From contig CAVOVA010000001.1 in NCBI GenBank assembly GCA_963699725.1, positions 75,937 through 139,936 on the forward strand: a stretch of DNA of 64,000 nucleotides, given 5' to 3'. Both the position numbers and the translations under genes were made by a program. Shown piece by piece: positions 1-7,800 of this stretch. Origin of the DNA: an uncultured Thermoleophilia bacterium. GTDB lineage: Bacteria; Actinomycetota; Thermoleophilia; UBA2241. The first letter of the stretch is position 1; the number at the start of each line of letters is the position of its first letter. The notes under the pieces were generated by a model, which was not told where the DNA came from, did no database searches, and was given only the letters and a program-made list of their open reading frames with translations.

Positions 1-1232
1 ATGGCTTCGACGACCTCCTTCGTGTTGGCCATGTGCACGATCTGCTGACCACCGACGCTGAACCACACCTTGATCGGTGCGTCGCCGGAGTTGATCGCCT
101 TGACCATGGTGTCCGGATTGCACGTCCGCGCGGCGCCCATCTTGAAGCGGTCGATGCCGATGATCTTGCTCTTCATCTCGTCGGTGAGCGGCAGCTCGAG
201 AAAGACGTCCTCGATGAGGCCGGTCTCGGGCAGCACCCAGCTGACCATGCTGCCCGGGGCCTCGATGTTGCCGGCCAGGCCCATGAGGCAGGTGATGGCG
301 CGCAGCGTGTGACCGCAGTTGGCCTGCCGCTCCAGGGAGCTCCCGACCTGGATGCACCCCGGCGTGTCGACGGCCCACATGCGCGCCGCCTCGGTCACGT
401 GCTCCCGGGGGATCCAGCAGATGTCGGAGACCTTCTCCGGCGTGAAGTCGCTGACGCGCTCACGGAGCTCGTCGAACCCGAAGGTCCAGTCGTTCACGAA
501 CTCCTTGTCCCAGAGCTCCTCCTCGATGATCACGTTCATCATGCCCATCGCGAGGGCGCAGTCGGTGCCGGGACGAGGCTGGATCCAGAGCGACGCGCGC
601 GAGGCGAAGGCGCTGGCGCGCGGGTCGATGATGATGAGGTTCTTGCAGTACTCCAGTGAGTTGAGGTACCAGACGGCCATCTCCGAGTCGGCGCTGCTGA
701 TCTCCAGCTGCTTGGCCCACATGATCTGCGTCTTGGGGAACTCGCCGCCCCAGCCGTGGTAGTCGCAGTAGAGGCGGCCGTAGCCCGTGACCAGTCCATA
801 GAGGCCCAGGCGCGGGCTGTGGCACACGTAGCCGGGGGTGATCACGTTCCCGGTGCCGATCGAGCGGGACAGGCGGTGGGTGTAGCGGTTGTAGCCGCGG
901 CCGGTGCCCTGCGAGATGGCGATGGTCTCCGGTCCGTAGTCCCGGATCGCGTCCTTCATCTTGGCTTCGATGGTGTCGAGCGCCTCGTCCCAGGAGATGC
1001 GCTTCCAGTTGCCCTCGCCTTTGGCGCCGACGCGCTTCATCGGGTACTTGACCCGGTACGGGTTGTCGATGTGCTGGATGCTCGAGAGGCCCTTGGAGCA
1101 CATCGTGCCGTTGGTCAGCGAGTCGGGGTTTCCCTGGATGTGGACGATCACCCCGTCCTCGACCGTCACGATCACACCGCAGCCGCCGTGACAGCTCTTG
1201 CACGTGGTGAGGATCTGCTTGCGGTCAGCCAT
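1..1232 (-). CDS. Molybdopterin oxidoreductase catalytic subunit (DMSO-reductase family; TtrA/PsrA-like). Partial: C-terminus runs off the window start.
   Basis: Reverse-strand translation from the ATG at 1232 gives MADRKQILTTCKSCHGGCGVIVTVEDGVIVHIQGNP...ISWDEALDTIEAK. This carries the CxxCxxxC 4Fe-4S motif and conserved Mo-bisPGD N-terminal blocks. No twin-arginine signal is present. The ORF is absent from the track because it has no stop inside the window. The Shine-Dalgarno sequence GAAAGGGAAG lies upstream. Confidence 0.85.
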   Translation of the reverse strand, partial: MADRKQILTTCKSCHGGCGVIVTVEDGVIVHIQGNPDSLTNGTMCSKGLSSIQHIDNPYRVKYPMKRVGAKGEGNWKRISWDEALDTIEAKMKDAIRDYGPETIAISQGTGRGYNRYTHRLSRSIGTGNVITPGYVCHSPRLGLYGLVTGYGRLYCDYHGWGGEFPKTQIMWAKQLEISSADSEMAVWYLNSLEYCKNLIIIDPRASAFASRASLWIQPRPGTDCALAMGMMNVIIEEELWDKEFVNDWTFGFDELRERVSDFTPEKVSDICWIPREHVTEAARMWAVDTPGCIQVGSSLERQANCGHTLRAITCLMGLAGNIEAPGSMVSWVLPETGLIEDVFLELPLTDEMKSKIIGIDRFKMGAARTCNPDTMVKAINSGDAPIKVWFSVGGQQIVHMANTKEVVEA

Positions 1233-1266
1233 TGCTTCCCTTTCGTGACGGGCCCGGTGGCCGCCC

Positions 1267-2238
1267 TCAGTTCACGTTGGGCAGGACCGATCGGTAGATG
1301 CCGACCTTGAGGACCGAGTACTTCAGCGAGAACGCGCCGATGGTGTGGCAGACGATGGCCGCGATGAGCAGCGGCCCGGCCTGCGCCTCCTCCAGAAACA
1401 TGGTCGCGAACGAGATCGTCAGGGGGGTGATGATGCCGAGGACCACGATGCCGACCCAGAACACCCAAGCCGTGCTGCCGCTGATCAGGTCGCGGGCGGC
1501 CAGCTCGGCGGCCGAGTGCTTGCGGTACGCCTGCACGAGGTAGCCGAGGATGAGCAGGGCGTTGACGACGAGCAGGACGCGGCTCCATGACTCCAGCGTG
1601 GAGATGGCGAGGTCGTCCGTCGTCAGGCTGATGCCCATCGTGAGCGCCAGGCCGTCGGCGACGCCCATGAGCACGAACACGATGGGCAGCAGGCCCGTGT
1701 TCCAGAACGGCACGCTCTTGCAGTAGCTCATCGCGAAGCCGCAGTACACGCCGGTGAGCAGGATGAAGACGCCGGCGACGATGCTGGCGGCCCAGCTGAT
1801 CACGGTGACGACGTCGGTGGCGGAGCCGGTCACGACGTCGTTGTAGAGCAGGTACCACGCGACCATCTGCACGAGGCCGGCCGTCACGAAGACGATGGAG
1901 AAGAACATGCCGCGCGCCAGCCACGAGGTCTTCCAGGCCTTGGTGAACGGTGGGATGGCGCGCCAGAAGCGCAGCGGTCTGCCGAGGTACACCAGGTGCA
2001 GCGGCAGCTTGAAGAGCACGATGAGCGCCCAGCCGACGACGGTGGCCCACCACGCGCCCTCGGTGAGCCCGCCCAGCCCCGCGAGCAGGCCGACGAGGTA
2101 AAGGCCCATGCCGAGCGCGGAGAAGACCTCGGCGAGCCACACGAGGACGCCCTTGCCGGAGATCCACTCCTTCTGGCGCATGGGCTTGACCATCCACTCG
2201 TGCGTGACGAGCCACTGACGGCGGGTCTGCGCCTTCAT
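1267..2238 (-). CDS. NrfD/PsrC-family polytopic membrane anchor subunit of a Mo-oxidoreductase.
   Basis: MKAQTRRQWLVTHEWMVKPMRQKEWISGKG... followed by eight or more hydrophobic helices. Start ATG at 2238 overlaps the upstream stop (ATGA). It is sandwiched between the FeS and catalytic subunits. Confidence 0.8.
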   Translation of the reverse strand: MKAQTRRQWLVTHEWMVKPMRQKEWISGKGVLVWLAEVFSALGMGLYLVGLLAGLGGLTEGAWWATVVGWALIVLFKLPLHLVYLGRPLRFWRAIPPFTKAWKTSWLARGMFFSIVFVTAGLVQMVAWYLLYNDVVTGSATDVVTVISWAASIVAGVFILLTGVYCGFAMSYCKSVPFWNTGLLPIVFVLMGVADGLALTMGISLTTDDLAISTLESWSRVLLVVNALLILGYLVQAYRKHSAAELAARDLISGSTAWVFWVGIVVLGIITPLTISFATMFLEEAQAGPLLIAAIVCHTIGAFSLKYSVLKVGIYRSVLPNVN

Positions 2239-3041
2239 GGCTCGACCTCCCCGGCCGGCGCGGGCTGAGCGCACTTGGGCTCGACGTGCAGGCGCTTCGC
2301 CGCGTCGCGGTCGATGGAGCTCAGATGCTGGATGTGGCTCCCGGTCTGCGCACGCCTCGGCGCGACGTTGGACGGTACGCCTCCCAGCCTGTAGTCGACG
2401 TAGTAGACCGAAGGATCGGTGCCGTACTCGGTGCGCAACTGAAAGCCACCGTGCTTGCGGATCAGCATCGAGACGTTGCTGTCCGGATCGTCGAGATCGC
2501 CGAAGGTGAGGGCGCGGGCCTGGCAGACGTTGACGCAAGCCGGAGAGGCGTCACGGTCGACGCCGGGCTGCAGGCCTCTGCTCATCCCGGCGTCGATGCG
2601 CTCGACGCAGAAGTTGCACTTCTCGGTCGTTCCCACCTGGTGCGGGAAGATCTTCTGGCCCTTGTTCTCGAAGCCGGTCTTCTCGTAGCCGGGGAAGTAG
2701 CCGGGGTTCTTGTCCTTCGAGAGGAAGGTGCGGTTCTGGTAGGGGCAGGCGATGACACAGTAGCGGCAGCCGATGCACTTGTCGGAGTCGATGACGACGA
2801 TGCCGTCCTCACGCTGGTGCGAAGCCTCGGTCGGGCAGACGTGCGTGCACGGCGCGTCGGCGCACTGGTTGCAGCGCACCGGGTAGGTGGACACGTCCAC
2901 CGCACCGCCCTCGTCCACCTCATAGGCGATGAGCTTGACCCAGGTGATGTGCAGGGGCAGGAAGTGCTCGACCCTGCAGGCGGCGACGCAGGCGTGACAG
3001 CGCATGCACTTCGCCAGATTGATGACCATTCCCCATCTCAT
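2235..3041 (-). CDS. 4Fe-4S ferredoxin-type electron-transfer subunit (DmsB/PsrB/TtrB-like).
   Basis: MRWGMVINLAKCMRCHACVAACRVEH...CNQCADAPC...CIGCRYCVIACPY...CNFCVERID. Four Cys clusters are present. No Tat signal. The start could instead be upstream at 3092. Confidence 0.85.
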   Translation of the reverse strand: MRWGMVINLAKCMRCHACVAACRVEHFLPLHITWVKLIAYEVDEGGAVDVSTYPVRCNQCADAPCTHVCPTEASHQREDGIVVIDSDKCIGCRYCVIACPYQNRTFLSKDKNPGYFPGYEKTGFENKGQKIFPHQVGTTEKCNFCVERIDAGMSRGLQPGVDRDASPACVNVCQARALTFGDLDDPDSNVSMLIRKHGGFQLRTEYGTDPSVYYVDYRLGGVPSNVAPRRAQTGSHIQHLSSIDRDAAKRLHVEPKCAQPAPAGEVEP

Positions 3042-3167
3042 GGGCGGACTCCTGTCGTAGGGACTGGGCCTCGTCTCATGACTCTCCAACACTGACGCGT
3101 GTCAGAGTCAAAGACAGGCCTTCCGGTCCGTGGAGTGCCGGGCCGGAGCCGGTTCCGGAGAGCCCCG

Positions 3168-3195
3168 GTGGGCCGGCCGCACAAGACCGGCCCAC
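3168..3195 (-). terminator. GC hairpin (GTGGGCCGG-N10-CCGGCCCAC) about 25 nt downstream, in the minus sense, of the beta1 stop.
   Basis: Perfect 9-bp inverted repeat seen in the sequence. No clear U-tract, which is common at high GC. Confidence 0.3.
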
Positions 3196-3219
3196 CGGAT
3201 CCGCTCCGCGAGCTGTCTG

Positions 3220-4038
3220 CTACTTCGCCAGGGCGATGTCGCCCAGGTTCACGTCCTTCGTCGTGTCGATGGAGTCGTAGGTCTTGTCGGCGAACCCGTC
3301 GGCAACGATCGAGAGGACGTACTCGCCCTCTTCCAGCCCGTGCAGCCAGAAGTCGCCGAAGGCGTCGGTGGTCGCCGAGACGGCGTCGCCGCCGCCGGCC
3401 GGGGTCGCCGTGCAGGCGGCGCCGATCACGACCTCCTTCTCAATGGGGTCGTAGACCGTACCGGCGATGAACTTCTTCGGGATGTTGAGGTAGTACACAC
3501 GAGGCTTGGTGCCGAGCTCCGGCTTCATGACCTCGGCCTGGGCGATGAGGTCGGCGAACTCGCTCTCCTCGCCGAACCGGATCGCCTCTGTGGGGCACGA
3601 GTCGACGCAGCGCGGGACGTCCCACTCACCGCTGTCGAGCAGGTGCGCGCAGCCGGTGCACTTCTGCGCCAGGTTGAGGTCGTCGTTGAAGTAGATCGAA
3701 CTGTACGGGCACGAGTCGACGCACGCCTTGCACCCCGTGCACGCGTCCGTGTCGATGATGACCAGGCCGTCGTCGCGTTTGTAGATGGCGCCCTCGATGG
3801 GGCACGACTCCATGCACGGGGCCTCGTCGCAGTGGTTGCAGAGATTGGGCACGTAGTGCATGCGCACGTGCGGCACCGAGCCGCGGATGTGCTCGTCCAG
3901 ACGCATCCAGAACTGGCCGCTGTCCGGCTGGGGCTTGGCGATCGGCGCCCAGTCGTTGCCGACGTGTTCGTCCTTGCAGGCGAACTGGCAGCCGAAGCAG
4001 CCGTTGCAGACGCCGACATCGATGATGAATGCCTTCAT
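3220..4038 (-). CDS. Pyrogallol-hydroxytransferase small-subunit-like FeS protein (BthL-like): 3x[4Fe-4S] domain plus C-terminal carboxypeptidase-regulatory-like beta-sandwich.
   Basis: MKAFIIDVGVCNGCFGCQFACKDEH...CNHCDEAPC...CTGCKACVDSCPY...CTGCAHLLD...YYLNIPKKFIAGTVYD...DAFGDFWLHGLEEGEYVLSIVADGF. This matches the Pelobacter BthL architecture. Shine-Dalgarno GAGGGAGGGAAC. ATG at 4038. Confidence 0.85.
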   Translation of the reverse strand: MKAFIIDVGVCNGCFGCQFACKDEHVGNDWAPIAKPQPDSGQFWMRLDEHIRGSVPHVRMHYVPNLCNHCDEAPCMESCPIEGAIYKRDDGLVIIDTDACTGCKACVDSCPYSSIYFNDDLNLAQKCTGCAHLLDSGEWDVPRCVDSCPTEAIRFGEESEFADLIAQAEVMKPELGTKPRVYYLNIPKKFIAGTVYDPIEKEVVIGAACTATPAGGGDAVSATTDAFGDFWLHGLEEGEYVLSIVADGFADKTYDSIDTTKDVNLGDIALAK

Positions 4039-4040
4039 GA

Positions 4041-6668
4041 TCAGTCGTTCCCTCCCTCGACCCAGCCGTTGAAGCGAAGGCCGGCCGCCTGGTCGTACTC
4101 TCTCTCGAACGCGTCGGGATAGTCCCGGCGCCAGGTCTCCCACTCCTCGGGCCTGATCTTCTGCACGTCCACGAGGAAGCCGCTCGTGGCCTGGCCACAG
4201 GCGTTCTTGGAGGTGAGGCCGTTGGGGGCGATGGTGTTGATGGCGCCGCCGCGGTCGACCTTGCCGGGGATGATCGGGTCGTGGCGCGCGCCGTGGTCGA
4301 TGTAGGCCACGCCCGGCATCAGACGCTCCCACACACAGGCGCCGCCGAGCACGATCCCGCGCTCGTTGAAGATCTTGACGATCTCGCCGTGCTCGATGCC
4401 GCGCTCGGCCGCGTCCTTCGGGTTGAGCCAGAGCGGCTCGTACCGGTAGTTGTCCGGCCCGAGCACCTTGCCGGTCGGGGTCTCGCGTGCCCAGGTGCAG
4501 TCGTCGCCCTGGGCGTGGGTGCGCCAGCGCGGGTGGTTGCTCATCAGCATCAGCGGGAACATGTCGGCGCGCTCGCTGGAGAGGCGCTCGTCGTGGGTGA
4601 TGCCGCGCTCGATCCACTTCGGGATCGGCGGCCGCTCCTGGTCGAGCGGGAAGTGCGTGGCGAGACGCTCGGAGTAGAACTCGAGCAGGCCCGACGGGGT
4701 CTTGAGCGGATGGTTCTCGGGATCCTCGTAGAACTGGCGCAGGCCCGGAGGATCCTGCTCCCAGTCTTCGGCGGTCGGGAAGACGCAGTACTTGTTCTCC
4801 TCGAACTCTTCCCAGGTCATGTAGCGCGAGATCTGCATGTTGTCGTAGATCTCGCGCTCGAGGTCCTTGACGGTCTTGCCCTTGGTGACCTGCTCGGTCA
4901 TGCCCAGCTTCTCGGCCACGGCAAGGACGATCTCGTAGTCGCTCTTGGACTCGCCGATCGGCTCGATGGCCTTTTCCTGCAGGGTGACGCTCTGGAACGG
5001 CGGCCCCTGCCGCACGTTCGTGACGACGTCCTCGACCTCCATCGTGGTGTTCGCCGGCAGGATGATGTCGGCGTAGAGGCAGTCGTTCTCGAGCCACGGG
5101 TGCTGGGCCACCATGAACTCGATGCTCGGGTCGCGATGGGCCTCGATGGTCCAGTTGCCGTGGTTCCAGCAGGTGATGCGGCAGGGCGTGTCGGTCCAGA
5201 TCATGTGGAGCCGGGTGCCGCCTTCGTCCGGCGGGTTCGGGAACTGATAGTCGATGAACTGGTCCTCCGTCTCGGCGTTCTGCGCGCCGGTGCCGGAGAA
5301 GTGGATCGTCTCGCTGTTGAGGATCGCCTCCTGGATGAGGGTCTTGGGGATGTTCTGCGTGCCCCAGGCGTCGACGCTGCTGCGCACGGGGGTACGCAGG
5401 CCTTCGCTGAGGGTCGGGTTGAAGTAGCGGAAGTGTTCGAGAGCCTCCGCCCGAGGCATGCCGAAGTACGACATCTGCCACTGGTGCACACCCGGGCCGC
5501 CGAGCCCCTGCATCCCGAGCAGGATGCACTCGAGGCGGCCGGGCTCGTGCGAGTACGGGCCGCGGATCATCGACCCGCCGAAGTAGTGCAGGATCGAGGT
5601 CGTCTGCCGCGCGAACTCGCGCGCGAGCGCCTTGATCGTCCACTCGGGGATGGTGGTCTTCTTCGAGGCCCACTCCGGGGTCTTGGGGACACCGTCGTCT
5701 TCACCGAGGACGTAGGCGGCGACCTCGTCCATGCCGACGGCATGGCTGGCGACGTACTCCTTGTCCCACGTGTCTTCCTTCAGCCACACGTAGATGATGG
5801 CCAGCTGCAGAGCGGCGTCGGTGTTGGGGAGGATCGGGATCCACTTGTCGGCGTGGACCGCGGCGCCGAAGTTGAGCTCGGGGCAGATGTAGACCTGCTT
5901 GATCCCCACCTCGGTGAAGAAGTAGGAGACGTTGGTCGCGTTCTGCCCTGTGAACCCCCACGGGGTGGTCTCGTCATCGCAGCCCCACTTGAGGACCATG
6001 CCGCAGTGCTCGACGACGTCCTTCAAGATGTTCAACTGGGGCGCCATCATGCCCTGGAAACCCTGTCCCCACACGTGCTTGGAGCCCCAGTACCAGCCCT
6101 CCCAGCTGTCCGGCTGGCGGACCTGCAGGGTGAAGCCGCCCATCTCGTCGAGGAGACGGGCGCTGTGGCCGTGCGGCGTGTGGATCGTCTTGCTCTCGCC
6201 GTGGCCGTCGCCCTGTACGAGGATGGCCGCCGGCCCGTATGCCTTGTGGATGCGCGCGATCTCGCCGGCGATGATGTCGGTGGCCTCGTCCCAGGTGATG
6301 CGGACGTACTTGCTCTTGCCGCGGTTCTGCGGATTGCGCTCCCCGTTGGGGTCCCAGTCCACACGCTTGAGCGGGTACTTGACGCGGTTCGGGGAGTAGG
6401 TGCGCTTCTTGTAGGCGGTCATGTAGGGAGCCGGGCGCGACCGCATGCCGGGCTCCAGGGTCGCGCCGTTGCGCTCGATCTTCCACGGGCGGAAGCTCTC
6501 ACCGTCGTACTTCCAGTCGAACTGGAACGGCCGGATCCGCAGGATCTTGCCGTCCTTCACGTCGACCATGACCTCACCGGTGCCGCCGAGGAGGCCGCCC
6601 TGCGACAAGGCCCTGATCACCGTCTTGTCCGGGGTCACGTCGACCTTCCTGCGTTCCTTGTCCGTCAT
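4041..6668 (-). CDS. Pyrogallol-phloroglucinol transhydroxylase large-subunit-like molybdoenzyme (AthL family, DMSO-reductase superfamily), paralog 1.
   Basis: 875 aa. ...VKDGKILRIRPFQFD...RVKYPLKRVDWDPNGERNPQNRGKSKYVRITWDEATD...NPDSWEGWYWG... No N-terminal Cys cluster, as in the transhydroxylase alpha subunit. Stop at 4041 lies 2 bp before the beta1 start. Confidence 0.85.
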   Translation of the reverse strand: MTDKERRKVDVTPDKTVIRALSQGGLLGGTGEVMVDVKDGKILRIRPFQFDWKYDGESFRPWKIERNGATLEPGMRSRPAPYMTAYKKRTYSPNRVKYPLKRVDWDPNGERNPQNRGKSKYVRITWDEATDIIAGEIARIHKAYGPAAILVQGDGHGESKTIHTPHGHSARLLDEMGGFTLQVRQPDSWEGWYWGSKHVWGQGFQGMMAPQLNILKDVVEHCGMVLKWGCDDETTPWGFTGQNATNVSYFFTEVGIKQVYICPELNFGAAVHADKWIPILPNTDAALQLAIIYVWLKEDTWDKEYVASHAVGMDEVAAYVLGEDDGVPKTPEWASKKTTIPEWTIKALAREFARQTTSILHYFGGSMIRGPYSHEPGRLECILLGMQGLGGPGVHQWQMSYFGMPRAEALEHFRYFNPTLSEGLRTPVRSSVDAWGTQNIPKTLIQEAILNSETIHFSGTGAQNAETEDQFIDYQFPNPPDEGGTRLHMIWTDTPCRITCWNHGNWTIEAHRDPSIEFMVAQHPWLENDCLYADIILPANTTMEVEDVVTNVRQGPPFQSVTLQEKAIEPIGESKSDYEIVLAVAEKLGMTEQVTKGKTVKDLEREIYDNMQISRYMTWEEFEENKYCVFPTAEDWEQDPPGLRQFYEDPENHPLKTPSGLLEFYSERLATHFPLDQERPPIPKWIERGITHDERLSSERADMFPLMLMSNHPRWRTHAQGDDCTWARETPTGKVLGPDNYRYEPLWLNPKDAAERGIEHGEIVKIFNERGIVLGGACVWERLMPGVAYIDHGARHDPIIPGKVDRGGAINTIAPNGLTSKNACGQATSGFLVDVQKIRPEEWETWRRDYPDAFEREYDQAAGLRFNGWVEGGND

Positions 6669-6738
6669 CTCGATCGCTGTCCTTTCGCCGTCGCTGGGGC
6701 CGGGATGGAGTCGTGGTGGGGCCTGCAGAGCTGAGGGG

Positions 6739-7575
6739 CTACCCGGCGTTCCAGCCGAGGTAGGTCGAGAGCAGGGTCGCGGTGTGCTTCACCGCTTCGG
6801 CGCAGCGCGTGCGCTCCTCGGGGCCGAAGCGGCCGATGGGGGTGACCACGGAGATCGCCGCGACCACGTCGCCCACCTGGTCGCGGACCGGCGCGCCGAC
6901 GGCGCAGAGACTCGCGTACAGCCCTGCGTCGTCGTAGGCGACGTCGTCGCGGGCGACGCGGTCGAGCTCTTCCGCGAGCGCCTGCGGATCGGTCACCGTG
7001 TTCGGCGTGAGCTTCGGCAGGGGTCGCGCCAGCAGCTCGGCGCGTTCCTCCCCGGGCTTGAAGGCCGCGAAGATCTTGCCGTGGACGGAGGCAAGGTTGC
7101 CGATGATCCGCCCGGGCGCCGTGCGGCGCTGGAAGGGTCTGGTGGTGTCGATGCAATCCACGCAGACCGGCCGGTCGTCGACCTCGAGCGCCAGGGTGAC
7201 GGACTCGCCGGTCTCTTCGGCCAGGGCCTCGAGGAAGGGCCTGGCGGTCTCGACGAAGTCGGAGAACCCGTCCGACACGTACGCCAGCGCGAGCGCGGCC
7301 GGACCGACGTGGTACTTGTTGGTGACGCGGTCGCGGATGAGGAAGCTGGAGCCCTCGAGCGTGCGCACCATCCGGTAGGCCGTCATGCGCAGCAGGCCCG
7401 TCTGCTCGGCGATCTCGTCGATGGTCCATTCGCGGTGGTCGACGTCGAACAGGGAGAGCACTGAGAGGCCGCGCGCGAGCGCACGCACGGAGAGCGCATC
7501 GGAGCCGGCGGCCGGACCGGACGTCCTGAGCGGGGGTTTGGCGCGCTTCCCCCGTGTCGTGCCCGAAGCTCCCAT
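6739..7575 (-). CDS. IclR-family transcriptional regulator (IclR-1).
   Basis: MGASGTTRGKRAKPPL...ALSVRALARGLSVLSLF...IAEQTGLLRMTAYRMVRTLE... HTH plus effector domain. It lies 70 bp upstream of alpha1 on the same strand. The reading frame is embedded in a spurious 1140-aa antisense ORF in the track. Confidence 0.8.
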   Translation of the reverse strand: MGASGTTRGKRAKPPLRTSGPAAGSDALSVRALARGLSVLSLFDVDHREWTIDEIAEQTGLLRMTAYRMVRTLEGSSFLIRDRVTNKYHVGPAALALAYVSDGFSDFVETARPFLEALAEETGESVTLALEVDDRPVCVDCIDTTRPFQRRTAPGRIIGNLASVHGKIFAAFKPGEERAELLARPLPKLTPNTVTDPQALAEELDRVARDDVAYDDAGLYASLCAVGAPVRDQVGDVVAAISVVTPIGRFGPEERTRCAEAVKHTATLLSTYLGWNAG

Positions 7576-7628
7576 AAGACCCTTCCCGTCCGCGAGTCCT
7601 GCGTGCAACGCAGCATATCCTTGCATAG

Positions 7629-7681
7629 CGCTGATATGACGATGTACGATATCAGCGTTGCTACCAGACGATATCAGCGTT
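7629..7681. promoter_or_regulatory. Candidate operator in the IclR-1/alpha2 divergent intergenic region: inverted repeat CGCTGATAT-N11-ATATCAGCG plus a direct repeat of ACGATATCAGCGTT (7646-7659 and 7668-7681).
   Basis: Read directly from the sequence. The region is locally AT-richer (about 50% GC) than its surroundings. Confidence 0.45.
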
Positions 7682-7800
7682 TTGAGTGTTTGCAAGCGGA
7701 AAATGGGTCGATGATCGGCCATCGTCGCGGCCAGGTGGTGTGCGAACGGGGAGAAGCCGGGCGTCTCAGGGGATGGAGAGGACTCGTCGGAGGTAGAGGC

